From an uncultured Pseudomonadota bacterium (GTDB taxonomy: Bacteria > Pseudomonadota > Alphaproteobacteria > JACZXZ01), in NCBI GenBank assembly GCA_963749075.1, contig CAVVLJ010000004.1, positions 352,001 to 416,000 on the forward strand: DNA of 64,000 nucleotides. Direction: 5' to 3'. This document shows positions 18,130 through 27,463 of this stretch, piece after piece; the stretch's first letter is position 1; each line of letters starts with the position of its first letter. The translations under genes and the position numbers were made by a program. The notes under the pieces are model-generated. The model worked only from the letters and a program-made list of their open reading frames with translations. It ran no database searches and was not told the DNA's origin.

Positions 18130-19206
18130 TTACGCGTTGGCGCCGTGGATGGCGTCGCACACGGCGGCGGTCACCTCTCGCGTGGTGGCGCTGCCGCCGA
18201 GGTCGGGGGTGTGGAGGGCCGCATCTGCGGTGACGCGCTCGATCGCCGCCATGAGGCGGAGGGCGGCTTGCCCCTCGCCGAGATGCTCGAGCATCAGGGC
18301 CGCACTCCAGAACGAGGCGATGGGATTGGCGATGCCCTGACCTGTGATGTCGAAGGCCGAGCCGTGGATCGGCTCGAACATCGAGGGGTAGCGCCGCTCG
18401 GGATTGAGGTTCGCCGTGGGGGCGATGCCGAGGCTGCCGGCGAGCGCTGCCGCAAGGTCGCTCAGGATGTCGGCGTGGAGGTTGGTCGCCACCACCACGT
18501 CGATGGTCGCGGGCTTGAGCACCATGCGCGTCGTCATGGCATCGACCAGCTCCTTGTCCATGGCGACGGCGGGGAAGCCCTTCGCCACCTCGGCCGCGAT
18601 CTCGTCCCACATCACCATGCCGTGGCGCTGGGCGTTCGACTTGGTGACCACGGTCAAGCGCTTCTGCGGCCGGCGCTCGGCAAGGGCGAAGGCGAAGCGC
18701 ATGACGCGCTCGACGCCCTTGCGCGTGAAGACCGCGGTCTCGGTCGCCACCTCCTCGGGCAGGCCGCGGTGGACGCGGCCGCCGTGCCCGGCATATTCGC
18801 CCTCGCTGTTCTCGCGCACGATCACCCAGTCGAGCGTCTGGGCGTCCGCCTTGCGCAAGGGGCTCGTAATACCGGGGAGGATGCGGGTAGGCCGCACGTT
18901 GGCGTATTGGTCGAAGCCCTGGCAGATCGGCAGCCGCAAGCCCCAGAGCGTCACGTGGTCGGGGATGTCGGGAGCGCCCACGGCGCCGAAATAGATCGCA
19001 TCGAAGCGCTCGAGCTCGGCGAGCCCGTCCTCCGGCATGAGCCGGCCGTGACGCCTGTAATAGGCCGAGCCCCAGGGGAACTCCTCGACGGCGAGGCGGA
19101 AGCCGCCATCGCGCGCGGCGAGGGCGGCGAGCACCTCGAGGCCGGCGGGGATCACCTCATTGCCGATGCCGTCGCCGGGGATGGCCGCGATGCGGTATTC
19201 GCGCAT
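18130..19206 (-). CDS. Tartrate/D-malate dehydrogenase (decarboxylating)
   Basis: IPGDGIG, PDHVTLWGL, RENSEGEY, TKSNAQRHGM, SMFEPIHGSAFDI. Confidence 0.88.
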   Translation of the reverse strand: MREYRIAAIPGDGIGNEVIPAGLEVLAALAARDGGFRLAVEEFPWGSAYYRRHGRLMPEDGLAELERFDAIYFGAVGAPDIPDHVTLWGLRLPICQGFDQYANVRPTRILPGITSPLRKADAQTLDWVIVRENSEGEYAGHGGRVHRGLPEEVATETAVFTRKGVERVMRFAFALAERRPQKRLTVVTKSNAQRHGMVMWDEIAAEVAKGFPAVAMDKELVDAMTTRMVLKPATIDVVVATNLHADILSDLAAALAGSLGIAPTANLNPERRYPSMFEPIHGSAFDITGQGIANPIASFWSAALMLEHLGEGQAALRLMAAIERVTADAALHTPDLGGSATTREVTAAVCDAIHGANA

Positions 19207-19239
19207 GGTTGAGGCTCGCTCTTTTGGGGATGCCGTGTG

Positions 19240-19512
19240 CTAATCCGGCCGCCGCTTGCCGTGCCGGACGCGCAGAATGACCACCTCGTCACCGACTATG
19301 CGATATCGGATCACATAGGGCCACACCGCCACGAGCTCGCGATTGTCTTGCGCCGCCGGGCGTCCGCGTTCGGACAGTGTCGCGAGGCTATTCCCCGCAG
19401 CGATGAGACGTGCAGCCATATGGCGTGCGGCGGTCGGATTGAATTGCGCAATATAGTCTCGGATGCCCTGTAGATCGGCCAGCGCCGAATCGGTCCAAAC
19501 TATTTGCGCCAT
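19240..19512 (-). CDS. RelE/ParE family toxin
   Basis: IVWTDSALADL..IRDYIAQFNP.AA...GR...RELV..PYVIRYR...V.ILRVRHG. Confidence 0.88.
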   Translation of the reverse strand: MAQIVWTDSALADLQGIRDYIAQFNPTAARHMAARLIAAGNSLATLSERGRPAAQDNRELVAVWPYVIRYRIVGDEVVILRVRHGKRRPD

Positions 19513-19688
19513 CTCGGGCGAGGGAGCTCGCGTGCCGTTCCCCATGAGCGGAGCCAACGAACCACTTTGCTATGGGGAATGACCCGGCCGGCCGCCAGAT
19601 CGGCCTCCGCCTCGGCGAGTGCGCGAGCCTCGGTCTTGTCGTCGACCTCATCGAGGATCGAGGCGGGATCGGAAGAAGGCTGGCCCAT
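19500..19688 (-). CDS. Putative antitoxin (ParD-like, short acidic)
   Basis: ALAEAEADLAAGRVIPH.KV..WLRSWGT; overlaps the toxin start by 13 nt. Confidence 0.75.
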   Translation of the reverse strand: MGQPSSDPASILDEVDDKTEARALAEAEADLAAGRVIPHSKVVRWLRSWGTARELPRPRWRK

Positions 19689-19728
19689 AGCCGCAATATA
19701 ATACAGCGAAGGCCTGCGAGCCAGCCGC

Positions 19729-19764
19729 CAAAAAGCAAGAAGCCAGGGCTTTCGCCCTGGCTTC
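19729..19764 (-). terminator. Terminator after ibpA
   Basis: GAAGCCAGGGC-loop-GCCCTGGCTTC stem followed by a T-rich tract on the minus strand. Confidence 0.65.
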
Positions 19765-19789
19765 CGCGGTCCGAATTATGCGCTCGGCC

Positions 19790-20242
19790 TCAGGCGGCCT
19801 TCGCCTCGACGGACTTGGGCGCGCTCGAGATCTTGATCTCGCGCGGCTTCTGCTCCTCGGGCACCTCGCGCACGAGCTCGATATGGAGCAGCCCGTTCAC
19901 GAGCTCGGCACCCTTGACCTTGATGTGGTCGGCGAGCTCGAAGCGGCGCTGGAAGGCGCGCCGGGCAATGCCGCGATGGAGATACTCCACGTTTTTCACG
20001 GTATCCTGGGACCTGCCGGACACGGTCAGGCTGTTCTCCTGGCTCACCAGGTTGATGTCGTCCTGGCCGAAGCCGGCGACCGCCATGGTGATGCGATAGC
20101 TGTCCTCGCCCGTCTTCTCGATGTTGTAGGGCGGATAGGAGAGCTGGGCCTCGTCGGCCGTGAGGGCCGCATCGACCAGCTGCGACATGCGGTCGAAGCC
20201 GACGGTCGAGCGGAAGAGGGGAGAGAGATCGAACGTACGCAT
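19790..20242 (-). CDS. ibpA: Small heat shock protein (Hsp20)
   Basis: MRTFDLSPLFRSTVGFDR, YPPYNIE, YRITMAVAGF, YLHRGIA.RAF.RRF.LAD, NGLL.I.L.RE.PE. Confidence 0.93.
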   Translation of the reverse strand: MRTFDLSPLFRSTVGFDRMSQLVDAALTADEAQLSYPPYNIEKTGEDSYRITMAVAGFGQDDINLVSQENSLTVSGRSQDTVKNVEYLHRGIARRAFQRRFELADHIKVKGAELVNGLLHIELVREVPEEQKPREIKISSAPKSVEAKAA

Positions 20243-20343
20243 GGCTACACATCCTCCATTGAGCAACATGTAGAAGGGAGGGCCCACCTTGAGGTCGAGC
20301 CCGGTTCATGATGGCCGGACCCGCACGAGGGCGTCCGCCACCG
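20243..20343 (-). ncRNA. ROSE-type RNA thermometer in the ibpA 5' UTR
   Basis: CUACAUG-UUGCU-caaugg-AGGA-UGUGUAG hairpin occludes the SD (U(U/C)GCU opposite AGGA); further hairpins upstream. Confidence 0.7.
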
Positions 20344-20349
20344 TATTCG

Positions 20350-20377
20350 ATGTGGTGAGGCTTGGCCGCGGTTCAAG
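20350..20377 (-). promoter_or_regulatory. RpoH-type promoter of ibpA
   Basis: CTTGAA-N16-CCACAT on the minus strand. Confidence 0.6.
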
Positions 20378-20429
20378 AGGGCGCGGTACCCTCGGCCGCC
20401 GCTTTTGGAGGGCCGCCGGGGGCCTGCTA

Positions 20430-20648
20430 TTAAAGGCCCAACCCCTTGAAGCGCCTGTTGAATTTCGCGAGCTGGCCGCCCGTGTCGACGAGGCGGTGGA
20501 CGCCGGTCCAGGCCGGGTGGGTCTTGGGGTCGATGTCGAGATGGAGCACGGCGCCGGCCTCGCCATAGGTCGAGCGGGTCTTGAACTGGGTGCCGTCCGT
20601 CATCACCACGGTGATCTCGTGGTATTCCGGGTGAATCTTCTTCTTCAT
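20430..20648 (-). CDS. rpmE: 50S ribosomal protein L31
   Basis: [10 protein letters not shown]...TDG..F.TRST...[13 protein letters not shown]...GG....FN.RF. Confidence 0.96.
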   Translation of the reverse strand: MKKKIHPEYHEITVVMTDGTQFKTRSTYGEAGAVLHLDIDPKTHPAWTGVHRLVDTGGQLAKFNRRFKGLGL

Positions 20649-20675
20649 CGAGGCGCTCCGCTCGGGGAAGTGCGG

Positions 20676-20704
20676 CTTATAGCGAAGCGGCCCCGGCAAT
20701 GCAA
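20676..20704 (-). promoter_or_regulatory. Sigma70-like promoter of rpmE
   Basis: TTGCAT-N17-TATAAG. Confidence 0.55.
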
Positions 20705-20749
20705 GCCTTGCGGCGGCACTTGAAGCCCCTCTTCGGGGCCTCCCGGGAC

Positions 20750-22172
20750 TCAGCGCTGGGTCAGCTTGAGCTCGATGCGGCGGTTCTTGGCGTAGGCCGC
20801 CTCGGACTCCGCCGGGTCGATCGGCTGGTACTCGCCGAAGCCGGTGGCGGAGAGATGCTCGGGCGGGATGCCGTCGGGCGCTCAGCATGCGCACGACCGC
20901 GATGGCGCGCTCGCTCGAAAGCTCCCAGTTCGAGTGGAAGTGCTGCGTCGCGATGGGCCGCTTGTCGGTGTAGCCGTCGACCTCGAGGATCCAGTGGATC
21001 TCCGCGGGAATCTTCGGCGTGATGGCGGCGAGCGTCTCGGCAAGGCGCTTCAAGGTCTTCTCGCCCTGCGGATTGAGGTCGGCCGAGCCGCTCGGGAAGA
21101 GCACCTCGGACTGGAAGACGAAGCGGTCGCCCACGATGCGGATGTCGGGCCGGTTGCCGAGGATCTCGCGCAAGCGGCCGAAGAATTCCGAGCGATAGCG
21201 CGCGAGCTCCTCGATCTTGCTGGCAAGCGCCACGTTGAGGCGGTTGCCGAGATCGGCGATCTGCACGTCCTTGGACTTGTTCGCGGTCTCCGAGGCGTCG
21301 AGCGCGCGCTGGATCGAGGCGAGCTGCTCGCGCAGCGCCAGGATCTGCCGGTTGAGGAGCTCGACCTGCCGCTCTGCCTCGGCGCTCAGCTTCTTCTCGG
21401 CGTCGAGCGCCGCCTTGCCGCTCTCGCCCGCCTTCTGGGCGCTCTCGAGCTGACCTTGCGCCGCGGCGAGCTGCTTATTCGCCGTGTCGAGCGCGCTCTC
21501 GGAGGATGTCAGGCGGCCCTCCGTGGCCGTAAGCTTGGTTTGCGCTGCCGCGAGCTGGCCCTCCGTGGCGTTGAGCTTCGTCTTCGCCGTGTCGAGCTCG
21601 CCCGCGGCCGATGCCAGGCGGCTCTCCGCAGCGGCAAGCTGGCTTTGCGTGGCGTCCAGCTGGCTCTGCGCGGTCTCGAGCTGACGTTGCGTGACCTCGA
21701 GCTGCCCCTTTGCGCTCTCGAGCTGGCTTTGCTCGGACTTGAGCTGGGTCTCGGCGCTCTCGAGCTGGCCCCTGAATTTCTCGGCCTGCTCGGAGCTGCT
21801 TTCGCCGCGCGCGTTCGCCTCGGCGAGCTGGGCGTTGACCTTGTCGCGCTCGGCCGAGAGCTCGGAGAGCCGCGTCGCGAGCGTGTCGCGCTTCAGGACC
21901 GAGCTCTGCAGCTCGGCCGAGAGCTGGGCCACCGAAAGGCGCAGATCGGCATTGGCCTTGCGCTCGAGATTGAGCATGTCGCTGAGCTCGGCGACCTGGC
22001 GGTTGAGCCGGCGCAGCGCCTCGTCGCGCCCGGTCAGCACCTCGGAGAGGGTGAACTGGGCGACGACGAAGATGAGCAGCACGAAGATGAAGGCGAGCAC
22101 CAGGCTCGTCAGCGCGTCGACGAAGCCGGGCCAGATGTTGATGGTGCGGATCTGACGATGCGCCCTTGACAT
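20750..22172 (-). CDS. MotB/OmpA-like peptidoglycan-binding membrane protein with long coiled coil (+1 frameshift near 20877)
   Basis: [10 protein letters not shown] motif, [31 protein letters not shown]; C-terminus [18 protein letters not shown]...[11 protein letters not shown] in the shifted frame. Confidence 0.85.
21432..21767 (-). repeat. 16 tandem 21-bp (7-aa) coding repeats
   Basis: [42 protein letters not shown] ... [14 protein letters not shown]. Confidence 0.85.
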
Positions 22173-22199
22173 GCGCGCCCTTCCTCGCTTCCCCTGCGC

Positions 22200-23336
22200 C
22201 TACTCGCCCGCTTCCTCGGCGAGATTGGCAATGGTGCGCGCAAGCAGGCGGATCTCGGCGCGGAGCTCGTCCACGGTCTGCTGCCGGCCGCTCGAGAGCT
22301 CGTCGACGAGGCGGGCGAGATAGACGTCCATGTTGCGGATATGGGTGCGGGTCGCCTCGTCGATGCCGCGCTCGCCCGCGGCTTCGGCCAGCCGCGCCAG
22401 CACCGGCCGCATCTCCATCTGGCCCTCGACCAGCTTGACGAGAAGGGACTGCTCGGCGCGCATCTGGTCGGTCAGCGTCGAGAGCCGCTCGCTGAGCGTG
22501 AAGAGGTGGCCGCCGGTCGCCGTGCGGTTCTCCTCGCCGCGCTGCACCGTGCGCTGGAGCGCATCGAGGCTGTCCGCAGTCTTCTCGAGGAGCGCCTCGA
22601 TGTAGGCGGGAATGGAGGTCTCGCCCTCGGCGATGCCCGTGCCGCTCGAGAGCCGCGTGAGGCTCGAGAGCCATTCCTCGAGGTCGTTGTAGAAAAGGTT
22701 CTGCGCCTGGCCCCCCTGCAGGTCGAGGAAGCCGAGCACGAGCGAGCTCGCGAGGCCGAAGAGCGAGGAGGAGAAGGAAGTGCCCATGCCCGCGAGCGGC
22801 CGCTCGAGGCCGCTCTTGAGATTGTTGAAGATCGACGTCACGTCGTTCGAGCCGATCTCCAGGCCCTGGATCACGCCGCCGACCGAGCTCACCGTATCGA
22901 GGAGGCCCCAGAAGGTGCCGAGCAGGCCGAGGAAGATCATGAGGCCGATGAGGTAGCGCGAGATGTCGCGCGATTCGTCGAGACGCGAGCTGATGCCGTC
23001 GAGCAGCGTGCGCATCGCGATCGTCGAGAGCGAGACCTGCTTGTCCTTGCGCTCGCCGAGCATGGTGGCCATGGGCGCCAAGAGGCGCGGGGCGGCGCGC
23101 GAGAGGGGCTGACGCGCGCGTTTGTAGCTCTCGATCCAGGCGAGCTCCGGCTCGAGTTGCAGCACCTGGCGGAAGATGAAGACGATGCCGATGAGGGCCG
23201 CGAAGAGGATCATGCCGTTGAGCGGCGCGTTATGCAGGAACGCCCGCTCGAGCTGCGGAAAGAGCAGCGCTACCACGGCGGCGACCGCGAGCAGGAAGAG
23301 GATCATGCGAATGAGGAACCGTCTCAGCCGCGTCAT
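22200..23336 (-). CDS. MotA/TolQ/ExbB-like proton channel protein
   Basis: N-terminal TM helices, LGLLGTFWGL, GMGTSFSSSLFGL, FYNDLEEWLS. Confidence 0.85.
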   Translation of the reverse strand: MTRLRRFLIRMILFLLAVAAVVALLFPQLERAFLHNAPLNGMILFAALIGIVFIFRQVLQLEPELAWIESYKRARQPLSRAAPRLLAPMATMLGERKDKQVSLSTIAMRTLLDGISSRLDESRDISRYLIGLMIFLGLLGTFWGLLDTVSSVGGVIQGLEIGSNDVTSIFNNLKSGLERPLAGMGTSFSSSLFGLASSLVLGFLDLQGGQAQNLFYNDLEEWLSSLTRLSSGTGIAEGETSIPAYIEALLEKTADSLDALQRTVQRGEENRTATGGHLFTLSERLSTLTDQMRAEQSLLVKLVEGQMEMRPVLARLAEAAGERGIDEATRTHIRNMDVYLARLVDELSSGRQQTVDELRAEIRLLARTIANLAEEAGE

Positions 23337-23402
23337 GCTGTCGCCCGGCCGCTTGAGCGTGGTGGGAGTAGCCGCACGGATCCGCCCCTCGCCGGTGCCG
23401 CG

Positions 23403-24701
23403 CTATTTCCCGACCACGACGAGGTCGACCCGGTCGGCCGGCCCATTGCCCTCGATCTTGTTGCCGAGCGCGCGCACGTCCATGCGGCTGGCTCCCACGC
23501 CCTGATCGAAGAGGTAGCCGCGGATGGCCAGCGCGCGGCTGAGCGAGAGGCGGCGCGCCTGGCTTGCCTGGTCCTCGCTGCCGGCGGCATAGGCGATGAG
23601 CTGCACGCGCAGCTCGTCGCTCTTCTTGAGCGTCTCGACGATGCGGTTGAGCTCGCTCTTGGCCTGATCCGTGAGGTCGGCGGCGCCGCCGGCGAAGTTC
23701 ACGCTCAAGGTCTTGCCGGGCACCGCTGCGGCGGCGGGCGTCGTGGGCGGCCTCGAGGCGAGCTGGATCTGAGGTGCCGTCGGTGCCGGCTTGCCCGCCG
23801 CGGCGGCGGCCCGGGGTGCCGCCTGCGCCGCCGCTGCGGGCGGCGGCACCGCGGCGCTTGCCGTGCTCCGCTCGGCGGAGGGCGCCGGCTTGGGCGCCGC
23901 GACCTTGCTCGCCGGCAGGGTCGGGGGCGCTGGCGGCTCCGGCGCCGCCTCGGCGACTTGAGCCGGTGCTGCAGGCGCGCTCTTGCGCGCGGGCGAGGTG
24001 GGCGGCGCGCTCGCGGCGCTCGTCTTGGCCGGCGGCGGGGCGGCCGGCGTCTCGGCGGGCTTGGCCGGCTGCGCGGCTGCCTGCGCCACTTGCGCCGGCG
24101 GAGCGGCGGTGCTCTTGCTCGGCACGGTCGCGGGCGGCGGCGGCGGCTCGGGCGCCGCCAGCGGCCGGGGATTGGCCTGGGCGGTCTCGGCCGGAAGCGC
24201 CGTGCCGCTCCGCGCCGGTGGTGCAGGCGGGGATTGCAGCGCTGCCGGCGGTGGCGGAGGCGGCGACTTCGACGGCACTGGCGGGGCTTGAGACGGCGCT
24301 TTCGGCGCCGGCTTCTCCGCCATTGCCACGGGCCCCTTGGCCACGGCCTTGGGCGGCACGCGCGGCTCCGCGCGGGCGGCCGAAGCCTCGGCGCGGGCGC
24401 CCTCCTCGCCGCGGCGCTTCGCCTTGGCGACGCTCCTCGACTCGGGCGGCATCAGCACGATCGGGCCGCTCCCCTCCTGCGGAATTTCCAGGGCGGCGCG
24501 CGGGGTCTTGGGCGGCGGGCCGAGCCCGTTGAGCACGGAGAGGTCGAGAATGATGTCGCGCGGGTTGCCCTTGCCGACGAAGACCGTGCTCTGGGCCGCG
24601 GCGGGCGGGGCGGCGGCGGCGAGGACGGCGGCGGCCAGCGCAAACGCGATCGCCGGCCAATGCGGAGACGCCGCCCGCGTGATCCCGGGGTCTCGCCTCA
24701 T
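23403..24701 (-). CDS. OmpA-family protein with Pro/Ala-rich linker
   Basis: Signal peptide, PA-rich spacer, C-terminal ARRLSLSRALAIRGYL..GV..SRMDVRALG..DRVDL. Confidence 0.8.
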   Translation of the reverse strand: MRRDPGITRAASPHWPAIAFALAAAVLAAAAPPAAAQSTVFVGKGNPRDIILDLSVLNGLGPPPKTPRAALEIPQEGSGPIVLMPPESRSVAKAKRRGEEGARAEASAARAEPRVPPKAVAKGPVAMAEKPAPKAPSQAPPVPSKSPPPPPPAALQSPPAPPARSGTALPAETAQANPRPLAAPEPPPPPATVPSKSTAAPPAQVAQAAAQPAKPAETPAAPPPAKTSAASAPPTSPARKSAPAAPAQVAEAAPEPPAPPTLPASKVAAPKPAPSAERSTASAAVPPPAAAAQAAPRAAAAAGKPAPTAPQIQLASRPPTTPAAAAVPGKTLSVNFAGGAADLTDQAKSELNRIVETLKKSDELRVQLIAYAAGSEDQASQARRLSLSRALAIRGYLFDQGVGASRMDVRALGNKIEGNGPADRVDLVVVGK

Positions 24702-24822
24702 CCTTTGCCGCCTCCCGCCGGCGGAAGCCATTGATTCAGATTGCCGGGCGCCGCGGCACAATAACCCAGCGTGCGGGGCGCGACAACCGCTTTGCCGGCG
24801 GCACGCCGGCGCCTGAGGAGCT

Positions 24823-25641
24823 TCAAGAGGCACTCCGCGGTGCCGGCAGCTCGAGGGCGCCGCGCAGCCGCTCGCCGAGCGGCTTCATGAGCGCGTCGTT
24901 GGCGGCCAGGAGATTGCCGCTCGCGAGGAAGTCGCGCCCGCCGTCGATCTCGCTCACGTAGCCGCCCGCCTCGCGCACGAGGAGGATGCCGGCTGCGATG
25001 TCCCACGGCTTGAGGTCGAACTCCCAGAAGCCGTCGAGCTTGCCCGCCGCCACATAGGCGAGATCGAGGGAGGCGGTGCCCAGGCGGCGGATGCCGGCGA
25101 CCTCGGGCATCACCGCGGCGAAGGTCTTGAGAAAGGCCGCGTGGTCGCCATGCCCGTGGAAGGGGATGCCGGTGCCGATGAGGGCGTCGATCAGGCGGCT
25201 CCGCGCCGAGACGCGCAGGCGATGGTCGTTGACGAAGGCGCCGCCGCCCTTCTCGCACCAATAGAGCTCGTCCTTGATCGGCTCCAGGATGATGCCGGCG
25301 ACCATCTCGCCGTCGCGCTCGAGGCCGATCGAGATGGCGAAGTGGGGGATGCCGTGGAGGAAGTTGAGGGTGCCGTCGAGCGGATCGACGAGGAAGCGGT
25401 GGCGCCCGTCGCCGGGCACGGCGCCGCCCTCCTCCATGAGGAGTCCGAAGGTGGGACGCGCGCGCCTGAGCTCGTCCTTGAGGACGCGCTCGGCGCGCAG
25501 GTCCGCGGTCGAGACGAAGTCCGCCGGCCCCTTGCGCGAGACCTGGAGCTGCTCGACCTCGCCGAAGTCGCGCAGCAGGCCGCGCGCCGCCTTGCGCGCG
25601 GCGCGCTCCATGACGTTGATGATGGCGGAGCGGAGCGCCAT
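24823..25641 (-). CDS. suhB: Inositol monophosphatase
   Basis: DFVSTAD, VDPLDGTLNF.HG, LKPWDIAAG. Confidence 0.92.
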   Translation of the reverse strand: MALRSAIINVMERAARKAARGLLRDFGEVEQLQVSRKGPADFVSTADLRAERVLKDELRRARPTFGLLMEEGGAVPGDGRHRFLVDPLDGTLNFLHGIPHFAISIGLERDGEMVAGIILEPIKDELYWCEKGGGAFVNDHRLRVSARSRLIDALIGTGIPFHGHGDHAAFLKTFAAVMPEVAGIRRLGTASLDLAYVAAGKLDGFWEFDLKPWDIAAGILLVREAGGYVSEIDGGRDFLASGNLLAANDALMKPLGERLRGALELPAPRSAS

Positions 25642-25648
25642 GCCTCTG

Positions 25649-26215
25649 TCAGTCTTTGGCGCGCTCGACGTAGCTCGCGTCCGCGGTGTTGACGATGATG
25701 CGGGTGCCGGCCTCGACGAAGGGCGGCACCATGGTGCGCACGCCGTTCTCGAGCACCGCCGGCTTGTAGGAGGAGGCCGCGGTCTGCCCGCGCACCACCG
25801 GGTCGGCCTCGACCACCTTCATCGCCACCTTGTCCGGCAGCGCCACCGAGACGGGCGTGCCCTCGATGAGGTCGACCACCACCTGCATGCCGTCCTGGAG
25901 GAAGGCCGCGGGGTCGCCCACCACCTCGCGCGTGAGGGTGAACTGCTCGAAGGTCTCGCCGTCCATGAAGGTGAGCGAGTGGTCGTCGCCGAAGAGAAAG
26001 GTGCAGTCCTTCTCCTCGACCTGCAGCTTCTCGACCGAGTCCTGGGTGCGCCAGCGCTCGTTGGTCTTCACACCGCTCTTGAGGTCGCGCATCTCGACCT
26101 GGATGAAGGCGCCGCCCTTGCCGGGCTGGATGATCTGGATCTTGAGCACGGCCCAGCGCTTGCCGTTGTGCTCGAGGATGTTGCCCGGGCGGATGAGGTT
26201 GGCTTGGAGCTTCAT
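25649..26215 (-). CDS. efp: Elongation factor P
   Basis: PGKGGAF loop, GQTAASSYKPA.LENG...VPPF. Confidence 0.96.
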   Translation of the reverse strand: MKLQANLIRPGNILEHNGKRWAVLKIQIIQPGKGGAFIQVEMRDLKSGVKTNERWRTQDSVEKLQVEEKDCTFLFGDDHSLTFMDGETFEQFTLTREVVGDPAAFLQDGMQVVVDLIEGTPVSVALPDKVAMKVVEADPVVRGQTAASSYKPAVLENGVRTMVPPFVEAGTRIIVNTADASYVERAKD

Positions 26216-26306
26216 GACCTGCTTTGCGTTGCGTCGGCCGCGAATGAGGCGCGGAACCTAACAGCTCGGAGGGGACGTGGCAACGCCTCCAGCCGCCTCC
26301 AGCCGT

Positions 26307-27377
26307 TCAACGCCGGGCCGCGGCTTTATGCCTCTCCCCGCGCCAATCCTCGATGCTGCCGTCGGCGCCGAGATAGCTCGGGCCGATGGGCGACTTGCCG
26401 TGGCCGCCGGGGATGTCGAGGACGTAGCACGGCTGGCAGAGGCCCGAGACGCGGCCGCGCAGCTGCCGCATGATCGCCTGGCCGGCGGCGATCGTGGCGC
26501 GGAAGTGCGCGGTGCCGGGGGCGCGGTCGAGATGGTGGAGATAATAGGGCTTGATGCGGTTCTGCACCATGGCGCGCATGAGGGCCTCCATGACGGCTGC
26601 ATCGTCGTTGACGCCCTTCAAGAGCACGCTCTGGCCGAGGAGCGGGATGCCGGCCTCGACGAGGCGGCGGCAGGCCGCGGCGGCAGCCGGCGACAGCTCG
26701 CGCGGATGGTTGCAATGGATGGCGAGCCACAGCGCCTTCTCGCTTCCGAGCGCTGCCACGAGGGCGGGCGAGACGCGGGCCGGGTCGCCCACCGGCACGC
26801 GGCTGTGGATGCGGATCACTGCCACGTGGGCGATGGCATCGAGGGCGGCCACCAGCGCCTTGAGGCGCTTCACGGGCAGCATCAGGGGGTCGCCGCCGGT
26901 GAGCACGACCTCCCACACCTCCTCGCGGCCGCGGATGTAGTCGAGGGCGGCCTCGAGCTCGGCGGCGGAGAGTACGGCCTTCGCTCCGCCCACCCGCTCG
27001 CGGCGGAAGCAGAAGCGGCAATAGAACGGGCAGTGCAGGATGGGCGTCAGCAGCACGCGGTCGGGATAGCGGTGCACGATGCCGGCGAGCGGCGCATGGG
27101 CGCCGTCGCCGATGGGATCGGGCGCCTCGTCCGGCGCTTGCACGAGCTCGCGCCCATCGGGGATGAACTGGCGGGCGATGGGATCCGCCGAGTCCGCGGG
27201 GTCGATGAGGGCGGCCAGCGCCGGCGTTACGGCGACCGCATAGCGCTCGGCCACGCGCTCGATCTCGGCGATGCGCCCGCGCGGGATCAGGCCCAGGCCG
27301 GCGAGATCGGCGCCCGTGCGCGCCGTGCGCCGGTGCGCTCGGGACGGGGCCGCCGGGCGGGCGGCAGTCTTTGGCAT
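26307..27377 (-). CDS. epmB: Lysine 2,3-aminomutase-like EF-P beta-lysylation protein
   Basis: HRYPDRVL, CPFYCRFC radical SAM motif, LTGGDPL, QSVLLKGVND, PYYLH; adjacent to efp and epmA. Confidence 0.9.
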   Translation of the reverse strand: MPKTAARPAAPSRAHRRTARTGADLAGLGLIPRGRIAEIERVAERYAVAVTPALAALIDPADSADPIARQFIPDGRELVQAPDEAPDPIGDGAHAPLAGIVHRYPDRVLLTPILHCPFYCRFCFRRERVGGAKAVLSAAELEAALDYIRGREEVWEVVLTGGDPLMLPVKRLKALVAALDAIAHVAVIRIHSRVPVGDPARVSPALVAALGSEKALWLAIHCNHPRELSPAAAAACRRLVEAGIPLLGQSVLLKGVNDDAAVMEALMRAMVQNRIKPYYLHHLDRAPGTAHFRATIAAGQAIMRQLRGRVSGLCQPCYVLDIPGGHGKSPIGPSYLGADGSIEDWRGERHKAAARR

Positions 27378-27463
27378 GACGATCGTCTCTCCTCTATCCT
27401 GCGCGCGGGTCAAAGCGGCCGCGAGGATGCCCTTGCGCCGGCCCTCTCATATAAGGATATGCC

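Noticed and set aside
20430-22172. 580-aa ORF fusing the MotB-like protein to ribosomal protein L31
   Set aside because: Product of the +1 frameshift near 20877; the proper MotB-like C-terminus ends at 20750 and rpmE has its own promoter and start
20750-23336. Zorya (zorAB) defence system
   Set aside because: No zorC/D/E neighbours, host-like GC and housekeeping context (suhB, rpmE)
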